The translations under genes and the position numbers were made by a program. Under the pieces are notes generated by a model. The model was not told the origin of the DNA and made no database searches. It was given only the letters and a program-made list of their open reading frames with translations. This document shows, piece after piece, positions 40,240-49,457 of a stretch of 64,000 bases of DNA. Position 1 is the stretch's first letter, and each line of letters begins with the position of its first letter. The DNA comes from Bdellovibrionales bacterium (GTDB lineage: Bacteria > Bdellovibrionota > Bdellovibrionia > Bdellovibrionales > UBA1609): assembly GCA_965199825.1 (NCBI GenBank), contig OZ241329.1:32001-96000 (forward strand), in the 5' to 3' direction.

Positions 40240-40884
40240 GCGTGTTTGGAGCCACTCTTCGCGGCTCAAATTTTTGCCCGTCACCTTTTGTAGTCCATGA
40301 AGAGCCATGGGGTGAAGCGTGCTGTCTTTATCTTTTAACAAATCCTGAAATTGATTGCGGCTGCCACGATTTGAAAACTGAAGTAGAGTCTGTGCGATAT
40401 GCTTCCTAATCCAAAGACTTTGACCGTTACGAAAGTTTTCTTCGGCAAACAATTTTTTCCATAACACGCCACTGCTTTCTGCCGCATTGAGATCGCTCAA
40501 AACCTGCACCGCCGAAGTCCTGACCACAAGTGCTGGATCGGAAAGTAAACTGGAAGCGGCTTCAATCGCGCGCGGCCGACTACAATTTTTGAGAGCAATC
40601 AGTGCGGCATTACGTAAAAACCATTCTTTTGAACTTAAATTTGCTTGTAGAATTGGGATTGATCGCTCGGGATCAATCCTGCTCAAAGCGGTTAAAGATC
40701 TCCACCGCACCTGTAGCGGCTGAGAAGAATCCTCGCTCACCGTCTTGAGGGTGGCAAAAGGTTGCCGAATTGTTTTTAAAACTTCGATTCTTTTTTCTAG
40801 GGGCAGCCGCAGAGCCAAGACAGCATCCTCAAAGGGCGTCGCAAAAACATTAAAAACTACAAGTAAACAAAATAAATTTATCAT
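40231..40884 (-). CDS. Secreted HEAT-repeat protein
   Basis: Repeated VRWRSL, WFLRNAAL, LSDPALVVRTSAV and WIRKHIA HEAT-like units. Confidence 0.8.
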   Translation of the reverse strand: MINLFCLLVVFNVFATPFEDAVLALRLPLEKRIEVLKTIRQPFATLKTVSEDSSQPLQVRWRSLTALSRIDPERSIPILQANLSSKEWFLRNAALIALKNCSRPRAIEAASSLLSDPALVVRTSAVQVLSDLNAAESSGVLWKKLFAEENFRNGQSLWIRKHIAQTLLQFSNRGSRNQFQDLLKDKDSTLHPMALHGLQKVTGKNLSREEWLQTRSL

Positions 40885-41747
40885 GTTTTACCTTGTGTGC
40901 TTGTGCCGTCCATCAGGGCTGCCATCGCCGCAACTTCTTCGATCATTTTTGAAGTGCTACTATCAATTTCTAAACCTGTTTCGGCTGCCGAATTGGCGGT
41001 TTCGTCGATCATTGCATTTGCAGTTTCAGGATCAGAGAATTCGGCGAGCACATCTTCAGAACTGATCATCGCGATTCTCTCTTTGATCTCAACAGGTGGA
41101 GCTGTGGGTTCGGTCGCATCGGTGACCGCCGCCTGAAATTCGGCAACGATATCGTCTTGTGTTTGATTGTCTTCAGGCGCTTCCGCTTCAGTGGGTTCGG
41201 CTTCAAAGGGTTCGTCCTGTGCGATTTCAACCAATGCCGGCATTGACCCTTTATTGTTGAGAGCATCCAGTTGGGCTTTTAAGCGAGCATTTTCTTCTTT
41301 AAATAAAGAGAGATCGGCAATGTCATCCTCAAGGATTTCGTACTCAGCCAATCGACTTTCGAGATCCTTTAATTTTTCCGAAACATCACCCGAATCGGCA
41401 ACAGCCACAGGCATCGATTTAAGTTGGACTTTTAAATCTTCAATTTCTTTTTCGCGGAGCGAAAGTTGTTCTAAAACTTTTGGGTCAGCCACGGTTCTCA
41501 CCACACTTGTGTCGACCGGAGGTGCCGTGGCGAGATGAAGTTTTATCCCTTGAGTCTCTTCTAATATTTTATCGAGTGTGCCGGCAAAGGGCGTATCCCC
41601 TTTTGCTGTTTTAGTCTCAGACTTTCCAAACACAAGTCGGAGCATCATCAATGTGGTGATCAAAGCAATGATAAACAAAAGCCATTGAATAATGGACTGA
41701 TTATTAGCGGTGTTGGTCACGTAATGAAGAAACTCATCCAATTTCAT
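40881..41747 (-). CDS. Membrane-anchored coiled-coil, acidic hypothetical protein
   Basis: One N-terminal TM helix, coiled coil (LESRLAEYEILEDDIADLSLFKEEN) and acidic tail. Confidence 0.75.
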   Translation of the reverse strand: MKLDEFLHYVTNTANNQSIIQWLLFIIALITTLMMLRLVFGKSETKTAKGDTPFAGTLDKILEETQGIKLHLATAPPVDTSVVRTVADPKVLEQLSLREKEIEDLKVQLKSMPVAVADSGDVSEKLKDLESRLAEYEILEDDIADLSLFKEENARLKAQLDALNNKGSMPALVEIAQDEPFEAEPTEAEAPEDNQTQDDIVAEFQAAVTDATEPTAPPVEIKERIAMISSEDVLAEFSDPETANAMIDETANSAAETGLEIDSSTSKMIEEVAAMAALMDGTSTQGKT

Positions 41748-41802
41748 ATTGCTATTGTCTTGAATGATACGAAAATTGGTCAAGGCCTCTTGCTAAAAAG
41801 GT

Positions 41803-42399
41803 CTAGGGCTTAAAATCGCTACAGTCTGCAGCTCGTCGGATTGCCACAATCTGGTTGTGATAACAAACCGTTTCACATGTGGTGGCCTGTTGTCCGGTGA
41901 CGCTTGAAGTCCACTCTGAATTTCTCAACTCTTTATAGCAAATGTCTGCCCCATCTTGCGATATCGAAACTTGCTCTGCCATCGTCGGAGAACATAAGCG
42001 GACAACTTCAAGATTTTGATTGGTGTCTTTGCTAGCCGCCGATTGCAGTTTTAAAATTCGACTGCAGGGATATTTGGCCAAAGCTTTGAGTTCAATTTGA
42101 AAAGAGCCCGAAACGCAATCCGATACGCCGCCTTCGATCATCTTGTCGTCTTGCTGAACAGACCAACTGATCTGTTGGGCTTTAGCGCAAAGTCCATTCA
42201 ACAAAACAGATTTAGCCGAATCATAAACTTCAAATTTGGTTGAGAGAAACGCAACTTTTTGCTGCGCCAACTCTTCAACTATTTTAACATTTTGGGTTGA
42301 AGAATTTGTGGGCGTGTTCATGGCGCAGTTTTGATACTGCGTCAGAACGATTGTCATTAAACCAACTACAGCTAAGATCGACCATTTTCGTTTAAGCAC
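41803..42399 (-). CDS. Cys-rich lipoprotein (QNC lipobox, Bdellovibrio-type)
   Basis: Basic N-terminus, hydrophobic stretch, YQNC and several Cys. Confidence 0.7.
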   Translation of the reverse strand: MLKRKWSILAVVGLMTIVLTQYQNCAMNTPTNSSTQNVKIVEELAQQKVAFLSTKFEVYDSAKSVLLNGLCAKAQQISWSVQQDDKMIEGGVSDCVSGSFQIELKALAKYPCSRILKLQSAASKDTNQNLEVVRLCSPTMAEQVSISQDGADICYKELRNSEWTSSVTGQQATTCETVCYHNQIVAIRRAADCSDFKP

Positions 42400-42586
42400 T
42401 TCTTATCCTGGCGGTTTTTTTTAATCGGCGCAACTTGGAGTTGCTTCTGACTTAGACCTTTGATGAGAACTGTACCTAAAAGAATGGCAGCAATAAGTGT
42501 CATTCTTTAAGTTTAATCTAGTCTGAGGATCATCACCTCAAAATTTTTTTGATGCGTTTTATAATGAGAAATCTTTGGTCAAAGAT

Positions 42587-43813
42587 CTAGTTGCGAGAGA
42601 GCCGAGCTGCATAAAACCCATCACCCGGAGAGGGGGGCAAAATCATTTCGTCTTCAAGTTCAAATTCAGGATGGTTTTTCAAAAAAGTTTGAATCTGATT
42701 CTGATTTTCAGAAGGAAAGATACTGCATGTGGAATAGACCAATTTTCCTTTTGGCTTAACCATTCGGCTGTAACGATCAAGAATTTCGTGCTGAACTTTT
42801 TTGAGTTCCTCACTGGGCTTAAATCCAAACTTCCATTTGGCATCGGGATTACGTCTTAAAACTCCTGACCCAGAGCATGGCACATCCAGCAGCAATCGAT
42901 CGGCCGAACTCTCTAATCTTTTTAAGACCTTTGTAGTGTTGATATGACGACTTTCAACAATACTTGTCTTTGCGCGACGGGCCCTGCGTTTGAGATCTAA
43001 AAGTTTTTTGTCGTGAATATCAAGAGCAAGAAGTTGCCCCTTATTTTTCATAATGGCCGCAAGATGTAGGGTTTTTCCTCCAGCTCCTGCACACGCATCG
43101 ACAACCCTGTGGCCAGGTTCACACAACAAGAAAGGTGCAACTTTTTGCGAATGCAAATCCTGCATTTCAAATAGTCCGTCATTAAATGATTTTGATTTAA
43201 AAATTTGAGCACGGGTTTTTAATTGCAAGGTAGTATGATCAATTTTTTCAACATCAAATCCTTCACCCACCAATTTTTCAAACAACTGATCGCTCGATCC
43301 GAGCAAGGTGTTGGTACGAAGAAAAACTGGTGCTTCACGATTAAGATCACTTAAATACGAATCAAAAGTCGACTGCAGTTCTTCTTTCCCACGTTCATAA
43401 AACCAATTGGACACAGACTCTTTGGATGCGGTCTCAGTCAAAGCCTCCCATCGGGCCTGAAATTCAGGATCAGGTGTCGGAAGCGATTCACCGCGAAAAA
43501 TCTTACGATTAAAATGAAGCCAATTGGCAAGCCATTGTCTTAAATCTTCGGGCTCGAATTGCAGATTAAATCCACCATCGCTACTTAAAAGATCATCAGT
43601 CCAAGTTCCGCCCGAGGCTTCATAGATTCTACGAAACCAACGAACAATGCCGTAGCAAGTTTCGGCAAATAATTTTCGATCGCGACTGCCAAATTTTTTT
43701 TCAGAGCGGAGATAGTGCTCAATTGCTTTATCGGCAAGGCGGCCCCCATTAAAAATATCTTCAAGGGCCATATTAATCGAGCGCACGATTGGATCATGAA
43801 CGAAGTCTGTCAT
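42587..43813 (-). CDS. RsmB/NOP-family RNA m5C methyltransferase
   Basis: GSRDR, LRTNTL, EMQD, DACAGAGGKT, DVPCSGSG..RRNPD and YSTCS...EN. Confidence 0.93.
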   Translation of the reverse strand: MTDFVHDPIVRSINMALEDIFNGGRLADKAIEHYLRSEKKFGSRDRKLFAETCYGIVRWFRRIYEASGGTWTDDLLSSDGGFNLQFEPEDLRQWLANWLHFNRKIFRGESLPTPDPEFQARWEALTETASKESVSNWFYERGKEELQSTFDSYLSDLNREAPVFLRTNTLLGSSDQLFEKLVGEGFDVEKIDHTTLQLKTRAQIFKSKSFNDGLFEMQDLHSQKVAPFLLCEPGHRVVDACAGAGGKTLHLAAIMKNKGQLLALDIHDKKLLDLKRRARRAKTSIVESRHINTTKVLKRLESSADRLLLDVPCSGSGVLRRNPDAKWKFGFKPSEELKKVQHEILDRYSRMVKPKGKLVYSTCSIFPSENQNQIQTFLKNHPEFELEDEMILPPSPGDGFYAARLSRN

Positions 43814-44439
43814 CAAAAAGTGAATACCGTGCCCACGGTTAAAAAGACACTGTTGTATTGGCCCGGGCTTAACAAATGAATATGGTTTTTTAAACCGGTC
43901 TCGATGTTGAATCCGACCCGATCCCAAATATTGAAAAATCTTAAGCCCGCAATAACCTGGTATTCAAAGGAGAGTGCAGAAGAACCATGGATTTGCTTTA
44001 AGAACACACCCAAACCCGCACCTGCTCCAAAATACAAAGGGAACTGGGTTGCGGCATTGGGAAAAATAACCATTGGTAAGAGGCTAAATTTTACTGCATC
44101 ACCCGCATTAAGTTGGTAGGTAAAAAAATCGGCGCGCAAAATCAAATCGAGTGAGCGGGTCCATTCGTTGATAAGATAATCCAAACCAAAATTTATTTTT
44201 CCAACATTATTACCGTTATTTGTTCCCCAATCATATTGTTCCTGGCTCACAAATCCGCCCACATGAAGGCCTAAGTACCTGAGTGATTCGAGGCTTTGAC
44301 GATTTGGCGCGCTATGCTGTGAACGATTTTGAAAATAAGGGTCGGCCTGTTTTTTTTCGCCTGTGTCGGGCTCGTCGTAGACTTGAACCTGTGCAACAAC
44401 TTGCAAACTTATAAAACAACTCAATAATATTTTGAACAT
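43813..44439 (-). CDS. Outer-membrane beta-barrel protein
   Basis: Signal peptide, PLYFGAGAGLG strand and terminal Phe. Confidence 0.7.
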   Translation of the reverse strand: MFKILLSCFISLQVVAQVQVYDEPDTGEKKQADPYFQNRSQHSAPNRQSLESLRYLGLHVGGFVSQEQYDWGTNNGNNVGKINFGLDYLINEWTRSLDLILRADFFTYQLNAGDAVKFSLLPMVIFPNAATQFPLYFGAGAGLGVFLKQIHGSSALSFEYQVIAGLRFFNIWDRVGFNIETGLKNHIHLLSPGQYNSVFLTVGTVFTF

Positions 44440-44460
44440 ACCAAAACACTAACCACTCTG

Positions 44461-44488
44461 TTGACGGGACTCAAGCATCCTTTATACT
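44461..44488 (+). promoter_or_regulatory. Sigma70-like promoter of nrdR-nusB
   Basis: TTGACG-16 nt-TATACT. Confidence 0.6.
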
Positions 44489-44510
44489 GCCAAAACGTGA
44501 GATCAAAACC

Positions 44511-44960
44511 ATGAAATGTCCCGAATGCGGTAGCCTTGAAAATCGAGTTTTAGAAACACGGGTTCAACGTGATGTCGAAATCCGGCGTCGCCGTGAATGC
44601 CTGGATTGCCACACACGATTCAGCACTCTTGAAACTGTGGTTGTGCAATTTCCCCATATTGTTAAAAAAGATGGTCGCCGCGAAGCCTTTTCGCGCGACA
44701 AGTTACGGCGTGGGATACAGATTGCATGTAAAAAGCGTCCCGTCAGTATGGCAGAGGTCGAGCAGGTGGTCTTTCGTATTTCAAAATGGGTGGAGCATCA
44801 TGAAAAAGCGGTGCCTGCTCATGCGGTTGGCCAAAAAGTGGTGGATGAGTTGCGTGAACTCGATGGTGTGGCGTACGTGAGATTTGCAAGTGTATATAGA
44901 ACGTTTCAGGATATTGCAGAATTTGTTGAAAGTTTAACTCCCACAAGGCGGCTCGATTAA
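44511..44960 (+). CDS. nrdR: Transcriptional repressor NrdR
   Basis: MKCPEC...RRRRECLDC Zn ribbon, ATP-cone KKDGRRE and AYVRFASVY. Confidence 0.97.
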   Translation: MKCPECGSLENRVLETRVQRDVEIRRRRECLDCHTRFSTLETVVVQFPHIVKKDGRREAFSRDKLRRGIQIACKKRPVSMAEVEQVVFRISKWVEHHEKAVPAHAVGQKVVDELRELDGVAYVRFASVYRTFQDIAEFVESLTPTRRLD

Positions 44961-45379
44961 TGACAACACTAGGATTAAGACGCCAAGCGCGCGAAGTGGC
45001 TCTTCAAGCTTTATTTCAGCTTGAATATTCGCCAGACGATACCTTCGATCGCACGATCGATACCTTTCAGGGAAATTTTAGAGCTCCTCAAGATGTGTGG
45101 CAGTATGCGTCCTCTCTTTTGTCGGGGATTCATTCTCATCATAATGAAATCGATTCGTTGATCGAATCCCAAAGTGCTCACTGGCGCCTTAATCGAATGG
45201 CAATGGTTGACAGGAATTTATTGCGAATTGCGGTTTTCGAAATCCATTTTTCGCGCGGCGAAGTTCCTCCAAAGGTCGCAATCAATGAAGCCATCGAGAT
45301 TTCAAAAAAATACGGCAATACCGATTCGGCATCTTTTGTGAATGGATTGCTTGATCAAATTGCTAAGCGGCAAACTTAA
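44960..45379 (+). CDS. nusB: Transcription antitermination factor NusB
   Basis: RRQAREVALQAL, DRNLLR, VAINEAIEISKKY and FVNGLLD. Confidence 0.97.
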   Translation: MTTLGLRRQAREVALQALFQLEYSPDDTFDRTIDTFQGNFRAPQDVWQYASSLLSGIHSHHNEIDSLIESQSAHWRLNRMAMVDRNLLRIAVFEIHFSRGEVPPKVAINEAIEISKKYGNTDSASFVNGLLDQIAKRQT

Positions 45380-45387
45380 AAAATCAG

Positions 45388-45855
45388 ATGGTACCCCAAA
45401 AACTCTCTCAGGCTGCAGCTCTCAGCCCCGGATCAGACCTTTGGATTTTTGCTCAGCCACGCATCTCTGCGTTTAGTCGTAAAATTGATTTTTATCTTAA
45501 TTTTCAAATGGCCAAGGCTGAACAGAGGGAATTTCCAAGTCTCTCAAAAAAATTAAAAGAAATTATTGAGCAAAATGATTTGGGCGAATTGCTTAAGCCC
45601 ATTCCCACTCCAAATACGATTTTAATTTCGGCCCAAACTCAACTGCCCTGTACACAAGTGGTGGTCATTAACGAAGTCGGCAACAAAGAAAATTATATCG
45701 AGGCTGTCTTTGATATTTGGAAAAAATTGGGAAAACCTTCGGTTCGGGTATTTATGCCGTCTTTTTTGGATGAAGCCGATTTAAAAAATAACAATTTTGA
45801 AACCGTGAGCGGCACATTCACCTATGTGGCGGGGGATCTCGATCTTGATGCCTAA
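45388..45855 (+). CDS. Hypothetical protein
   Basis: 155-aa ORF tightly packed between nusB and ppsR. Confidence 0.7.
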   Translation: MVPQKLSQAAALSPGSDLWIFAQPRISAFSRKIDFYLNFQMAKAEQREFPSLSKKLKEIIEQNDLGELLKPIPTPNTILISAQTQLPCTQVVVINEVGNKENYIEAVFDIWKKLGKPSVRVFMPSFLDEADLKNNNFETVSGTFTYVAGDLDLDA

Positions 45856-46687
45856 CGGGACAATTTTTATTTTGTCCGATGGCACTGGCGAGACTGCGAG
45901 TACCATGATCCGCGCAGCCCTTGTTCAATATCAAAGTCATGAAATCAATATTGTTCGATGCAAAAATGTTCGAACGCCCGCACAAGTGGAAGCCTTGTTC
46001 GAAGATGTGGTGTCACGTCGAGGATTTGTGGTGCACACGGTAGTGAGCCACGAGATGCGACACAAAATTTTAGAGCTTGCCCAAACAAAGGGAATTTTGG
46101 CGGTGGATCTGCTTGGTCCATTGCTCTCAAAGCTTGATACCTATTTTAGTGTGAGCGATGAAAATGATCATGAGGCCGGACTTTTAAGAACAACCGATGA
46201 GCGCTATTTTAAAAGAATCGAAGCCATCGAGTTTACGGTCAAGCATGATGACGGCAAAAACTATCAACATCTTGATCAGGCCGATATCATTTTGGTGGGC
46301 TTAAGCCGTACAAGTAAAACACCTCTTTCGATTTTTTTAAGTCACAAAGGATGGAAGGTCGCCAATGTCCCGCTGGTTCTGGGCTCGCCAGTTCCACAAA
46401 CTTTGTTTGAAGCGGACCAACGAAAAATTGTGGCTTTAACCATTGATCCCAACAGCCTTGGCCGAATTCGAAAAAAACGATTAGAAAAATTTGGTCAAGA
46501 TCCTGGCAGCACTTACGCCAGTGCCGCACACATCCAACAAGAACTTGATTACGCCACCCAGTTATTTCAACAAAATCGAAAATGGCCGGTGTTTGATGTG
46601 ACTGATCGAGCACTTGAAGAGACCGCCGCCGAAATTGTTCGGGTGGTGGCTTCGCGCATGGACTTGCCCTTTGGGGCCGAAGTTTAG
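45848..46687 (+). CDS. ppsR: PEP synthase/pyruvate phosphate dikinase regulatory protein (DUF299)
   Basis: SDGTGETA, YFKRIEAIEF..KHDDG, GLSRTSKTP, ANVP and EETA. Confidence 0.93.
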   Translation: MPNGTIFILSDGTGETASTMIRAALVQYQSHEINIVRCKNVRTPAQVEALFEDVVSRRGFVVHTVVSHEMRHKILELAQTKGILAVDLLGPLLSKLDTYFSVSDENDHEAGLLRTTDERYFKRIEAIEFTVKHDDGKNYQHLDQADIILVGLSRTSKTPLSIFLSHKGWKVANVPLVLGSPVPQTLFEADQRKIVALTIDPNSLGRIRKKRLEKFGQDPGSTYASAAHIQQELDYATQLFQQNRKWPVFDVTDRALEETAAEIVRVVASRMDLPFGAEV

Positions 46688-47586
46688 TTAAGGCCTTGTT
46701 GTTGGAGCGCGCGATATAAAATATCGACCATTTGATCTCGGCCCAAATTTTTGCGGACATATAAAAACACATCCACCGAATATTTAAGCTCATCCACTTC
46801 GACACGAGTCAGACGACCCATCCGCACTTGCTTGCGAATACTGTGGGCAGGTAAAAATCCCCAGCCCAATCCCGACTCGATCACTCTTTTTAAAGTTCCC
46901 ACATTGTCGGTTTCAAAAACGGGTTGATAGTCCACTTTAAATTCTTGGAGTCGACGCTCCAGAGTGTTTTTAAAGCTGGGATATTTTTCGGTAAATGAAA
47001 CGATCTGATGGGTGGGGAGTGACTTTATGTCACAGCTTGCAGGCACTCCGGTGTCGCGCCCTGAGGCCACGAGCCACATTTCGTCTTTAAACAAAAATCG
47101 TTTTTCAAAATCCTGAAATTCAATTCCGTATTCGCGCTTAAGATCTGGAAGGATAACCATGTCGACACGGTTGTTGCGCATCTCATTAATGATCGAGTCG
47201 CCCGCACCGTAGGTCAGCCGAATTCGCAATTTAGAATTGTGCTTTAAAAATAATCCAACAATTGGCGAAATCAAATAAAGACCAATCGAATTGAGAGTGC
47301 CTAAGCGAAGATTGCCCGAAATTTCTTGTGAAATGGTTTGGATCGCAACTTCGGCCTGCTGAGTAAGATGGAGGATCCGTTTTGCATAATCATATAATAA
47401 CTGACCTTGAAGCGTCGGTTTGACCTGCCGCACCCCCCGCACGAGGAGGTCGACTCTGAGTTCCTCTTCAAGATTTCTAATTTGTTGGGACACAGCGGGT
47501 TGGGTGAGAAATAATTTTTCGGCCGCTGCGGTCATGCTGCCTTCGGAAAGCACAGTGCAAAATGTGGTCAGTTGCTGAAGATTCAT
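46684..47586 (-). CDS. LysR-family transcriptional regulator
   Basis: GSMTAAAEKLFLTQPAVSQQIRNLEEEL HTH plus substrate-binding domain. Confidence 0.96.
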   Translation of the reverse strand: MNLQQLTTFCTVLSEGSMTAAAEKLFLTQPAVSQQIRNLEEELRVDLLVRGVRQVKPTLQGQLLYDYAKRILHLTQQAEVAIQTISQEISGNLRLGTLNSIGLYLISPIVGLFLKHNSKLRIRLTYGAGDSIINEMRNNRVDMVILPDLKREYGIEFQDFEKRFLFKDEMWLVASGRDTGVPASCDIKSLPTHQIVSFTEKYPSFKNTLERRLQEFKVDYQPVFETDNVGTLKRVIESGLGWGFLPAHSIRKQVRMGRLTRVEVDELKYSVDVFLYVRKNLGRDQMVDILYRALQQQGLN

Positions 47587-47695
47587 TGGGCATATATGCC
47601 AATAAGCGCAATTTTTCGCAAGCGACTTCGGCTTAAGTCGGGATTCTGCAATTGTGGTACTTCTTATTTATCATGCCATTCACTATACTAAATGA

Positions 47696-48430
47696 ATGAA
47701 ACGGTATGTTTGTTTGTTCCTTGGGTTTTTTGCTGTTAGCGCTCACGCCAAACTTTTTCGAAATGCCTATATCAGTTTCGAACTTCCACCAAACTGGAAT
47801 TGCTCGGCTGAGGGAACCTCATGGGTTTGCGTCAATCAGTACGATGCGAAAACCAAAGAGGCCACCATCATGCTCACCGCAAAGGAGGCTGGACCTTCGG
47901 ACTCAACAAATATTTATGAAACCTATCTTCGTACACCTCACGCAATCAAAGCAAGCGATGGTCGAATGCTTCAAGCGACGGTCATCAGCGTAAAACAAAA
48001 TCAGGTGGCGGGCCAAACTTGGATTGATAGCATGCACTCAGCAAGTGAGGTGCCTGGTTACTATACCCGCTACTTAGGTACAGTGCGCGATCGTGTCGCA
48101 ATTTTAATCACCTTTAGTGCTCTCAAAACTCAATTTACAAAATACAGTAATGATTTTATCCACGCGGTCGAAAGCCTTCGAGTCATGGCGCCAAAAGATA
48201 TTTTGGATGAAAAACCAATGATGATGGCCACTCGGGGATCAGGAACAATTGGTGCACCCATCGGAAGTTCACTTCCTGTTGATCTGAACAATGATCAAGC
48301 CCCACCAATGGAAGATTCAAGCGCCTTAGGGCAAGGTGGATCAAAAATTATTGGTATAGTTTTAATTGTAATCGCCATTGCCATATACTTTTTGTTTAAA
48401 TCACGCAAAAAACCCAAAAAGAAAAAATGA
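47696..48430 (+). CDS. Exported protein with C-terminal TM anchor and basic tail (paralog 1)
   Basis: Signal peptide, FELPPNWNC..WVC, C-terminal hydrophobic helix followed by KSRKKPKKKK. Confidence 0.75.
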   Translation: MKRYVCLFLGFFAVSAHAKLFRNAYISFELPPNWNCSAEGTSWVCVNQYDAKTKEATIMLTAKEAGPSDSTNIYETYLRTPHAIKASDGRMLQATVISVKQNQVAGQTWIDSMHSASEVPGYYTRYLGTVRDRVAILITFSALKTQFTKYSNDFIHAVESLRVMAPKDILDEKPMMMATRGSGTIGAPIGSSLPVDLNNDQAPPMEDSSALGQGGSKIIGIVLIVIAIAIYFLFKSRKKPKKKK

Positions 48431-49137
48431 TCAAACATTTTATTGTTGTTGGTGTTTTAATTTTTTCGACTGCTGCATCAGCCAAGGTTTTTAAAAATTC
48501 ATTTATTGAATTCGAACTCAGCGATTCTTGGGGTTGCGTATTGGCTGCGGCCGAGTGGATTTGCAATCCCACGAGCCACACCGAAAGTCGCGAGGCCGCG
48601 CTTGTGATCTCGGCCAAAGTCACCGGACCCGAAGAAAATTTTGAGGCTTTTAAAAAAGGTTTAAAAGAGCCGCGCACCATACAGGCCCGAGTGGGAACCC
48701 CAATACAATCTAAAGTCCTCCAGTTTCGCGAAGTCCTGTTACAAAATCAAAAATGGATTGAGGCTTATCATTTCAATAGTGAGATCGAAGATTTTTATTC
48801 GCACTACCTGGCCACGGTAAAACAAAATCTTGCGGTGATGATTAGTTTTAATGCTCATAAAGCCCATTTTAATAAATACGAATCTATTTACTCAAAAATG
48901 ATCTCCACTCTTAAACTGATCGCCTCAAAGCAAATGCTCGAATCTCCCCTACCTGTTTTAAAAATTGAACAAACTGCGACCCAAGCACCTCCTGCGGTAG
49001 CTGCGGTTGAAATTCCTAAAACTCAAAAGCGACCCTGGTTGTTTTACCTACTTGTCGTTTTGTCAGTCACTATGGTGATTTTGTTTATTTACACACTGGT
49101 TGATTCTGGCAAAAAACCCAGACGTAAGCGCCGCTAA
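48427..49137 (+). CDS. Exported protein with C-terminal TM anchor and basic tail (paralog 2)
   Basis: Signal peptide, FELSDSWGC..WIC, TM followed by KKPRRKRR; aligns with the upstream gene. Confidence 0.75.
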   Translation: MIKHFIVVGVLIFSTAASAKVFKNSFIEFELSDSWGCVLAAAEWICNPTSHTESREAALVISAKVTGPEENFEAFKKGLKEPRTIQARVGTPIQSKVLQFREVLLQNQKWIEAYHFNSEIEDFYSHYLATVKQNLAVMISFNAHKAHFNKYESIYSKMISTLKLIASKQMLESPLPVLKIEQTATQAPPAVAAVEIPKTQKRPWLFYLLVVLSVTMVILFIYTLVDSGKKPRRKRR

Positions 49138-49175
49138 AACTTGACACAACTCAGTTTCGGTTTCAAAGTGACACG

Positions 49176-49457
49176 ATGGATTTCGACACTACGCTTTATT
49201 TTTTTCGCGATACTTTGACCCAACTGGGTCTTGATTCTTTCCGTCTTTATCTGATCGCCCTGACCCTAGTGATTCTATTTACTTTTAGTTTACGTGAAGT
49301 GTTCCGCTATTTTTCAGGAGTCAGCCAACTTGCTGAGCGATTAAACTCTCTTGAGAATCAAATCGCCGAATTGCAAAAGACCGATAAAAAAAAATTGATT
49401 GAACCCCAAATTCAGAAAGCTGAATTTGCGGCTCGTGAATTTTTAATTCGTAATTAA
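49176..49457 (+). CDS. Small membrane hypothetical protein
   Basis: One TM and a short coiled coil; TTGACA at 49141. Confidence 0.6.
   Translation: MDFDTTLYFFRDTLTQLGLDSFRLYLIALTLVILFTFSLREVFRYFSGVSQLAERLNSLENQIAELQKTDKKKLIEPQIQKAEFAAREFLIRN

Noticed and set aside
42440..42500. c-di-GMP-I riboswitch (GGTCTAAG on the minus strand)
   Set aside because: Lacks the GGCAAAC/GAAA and GACGCAAAGC elements.
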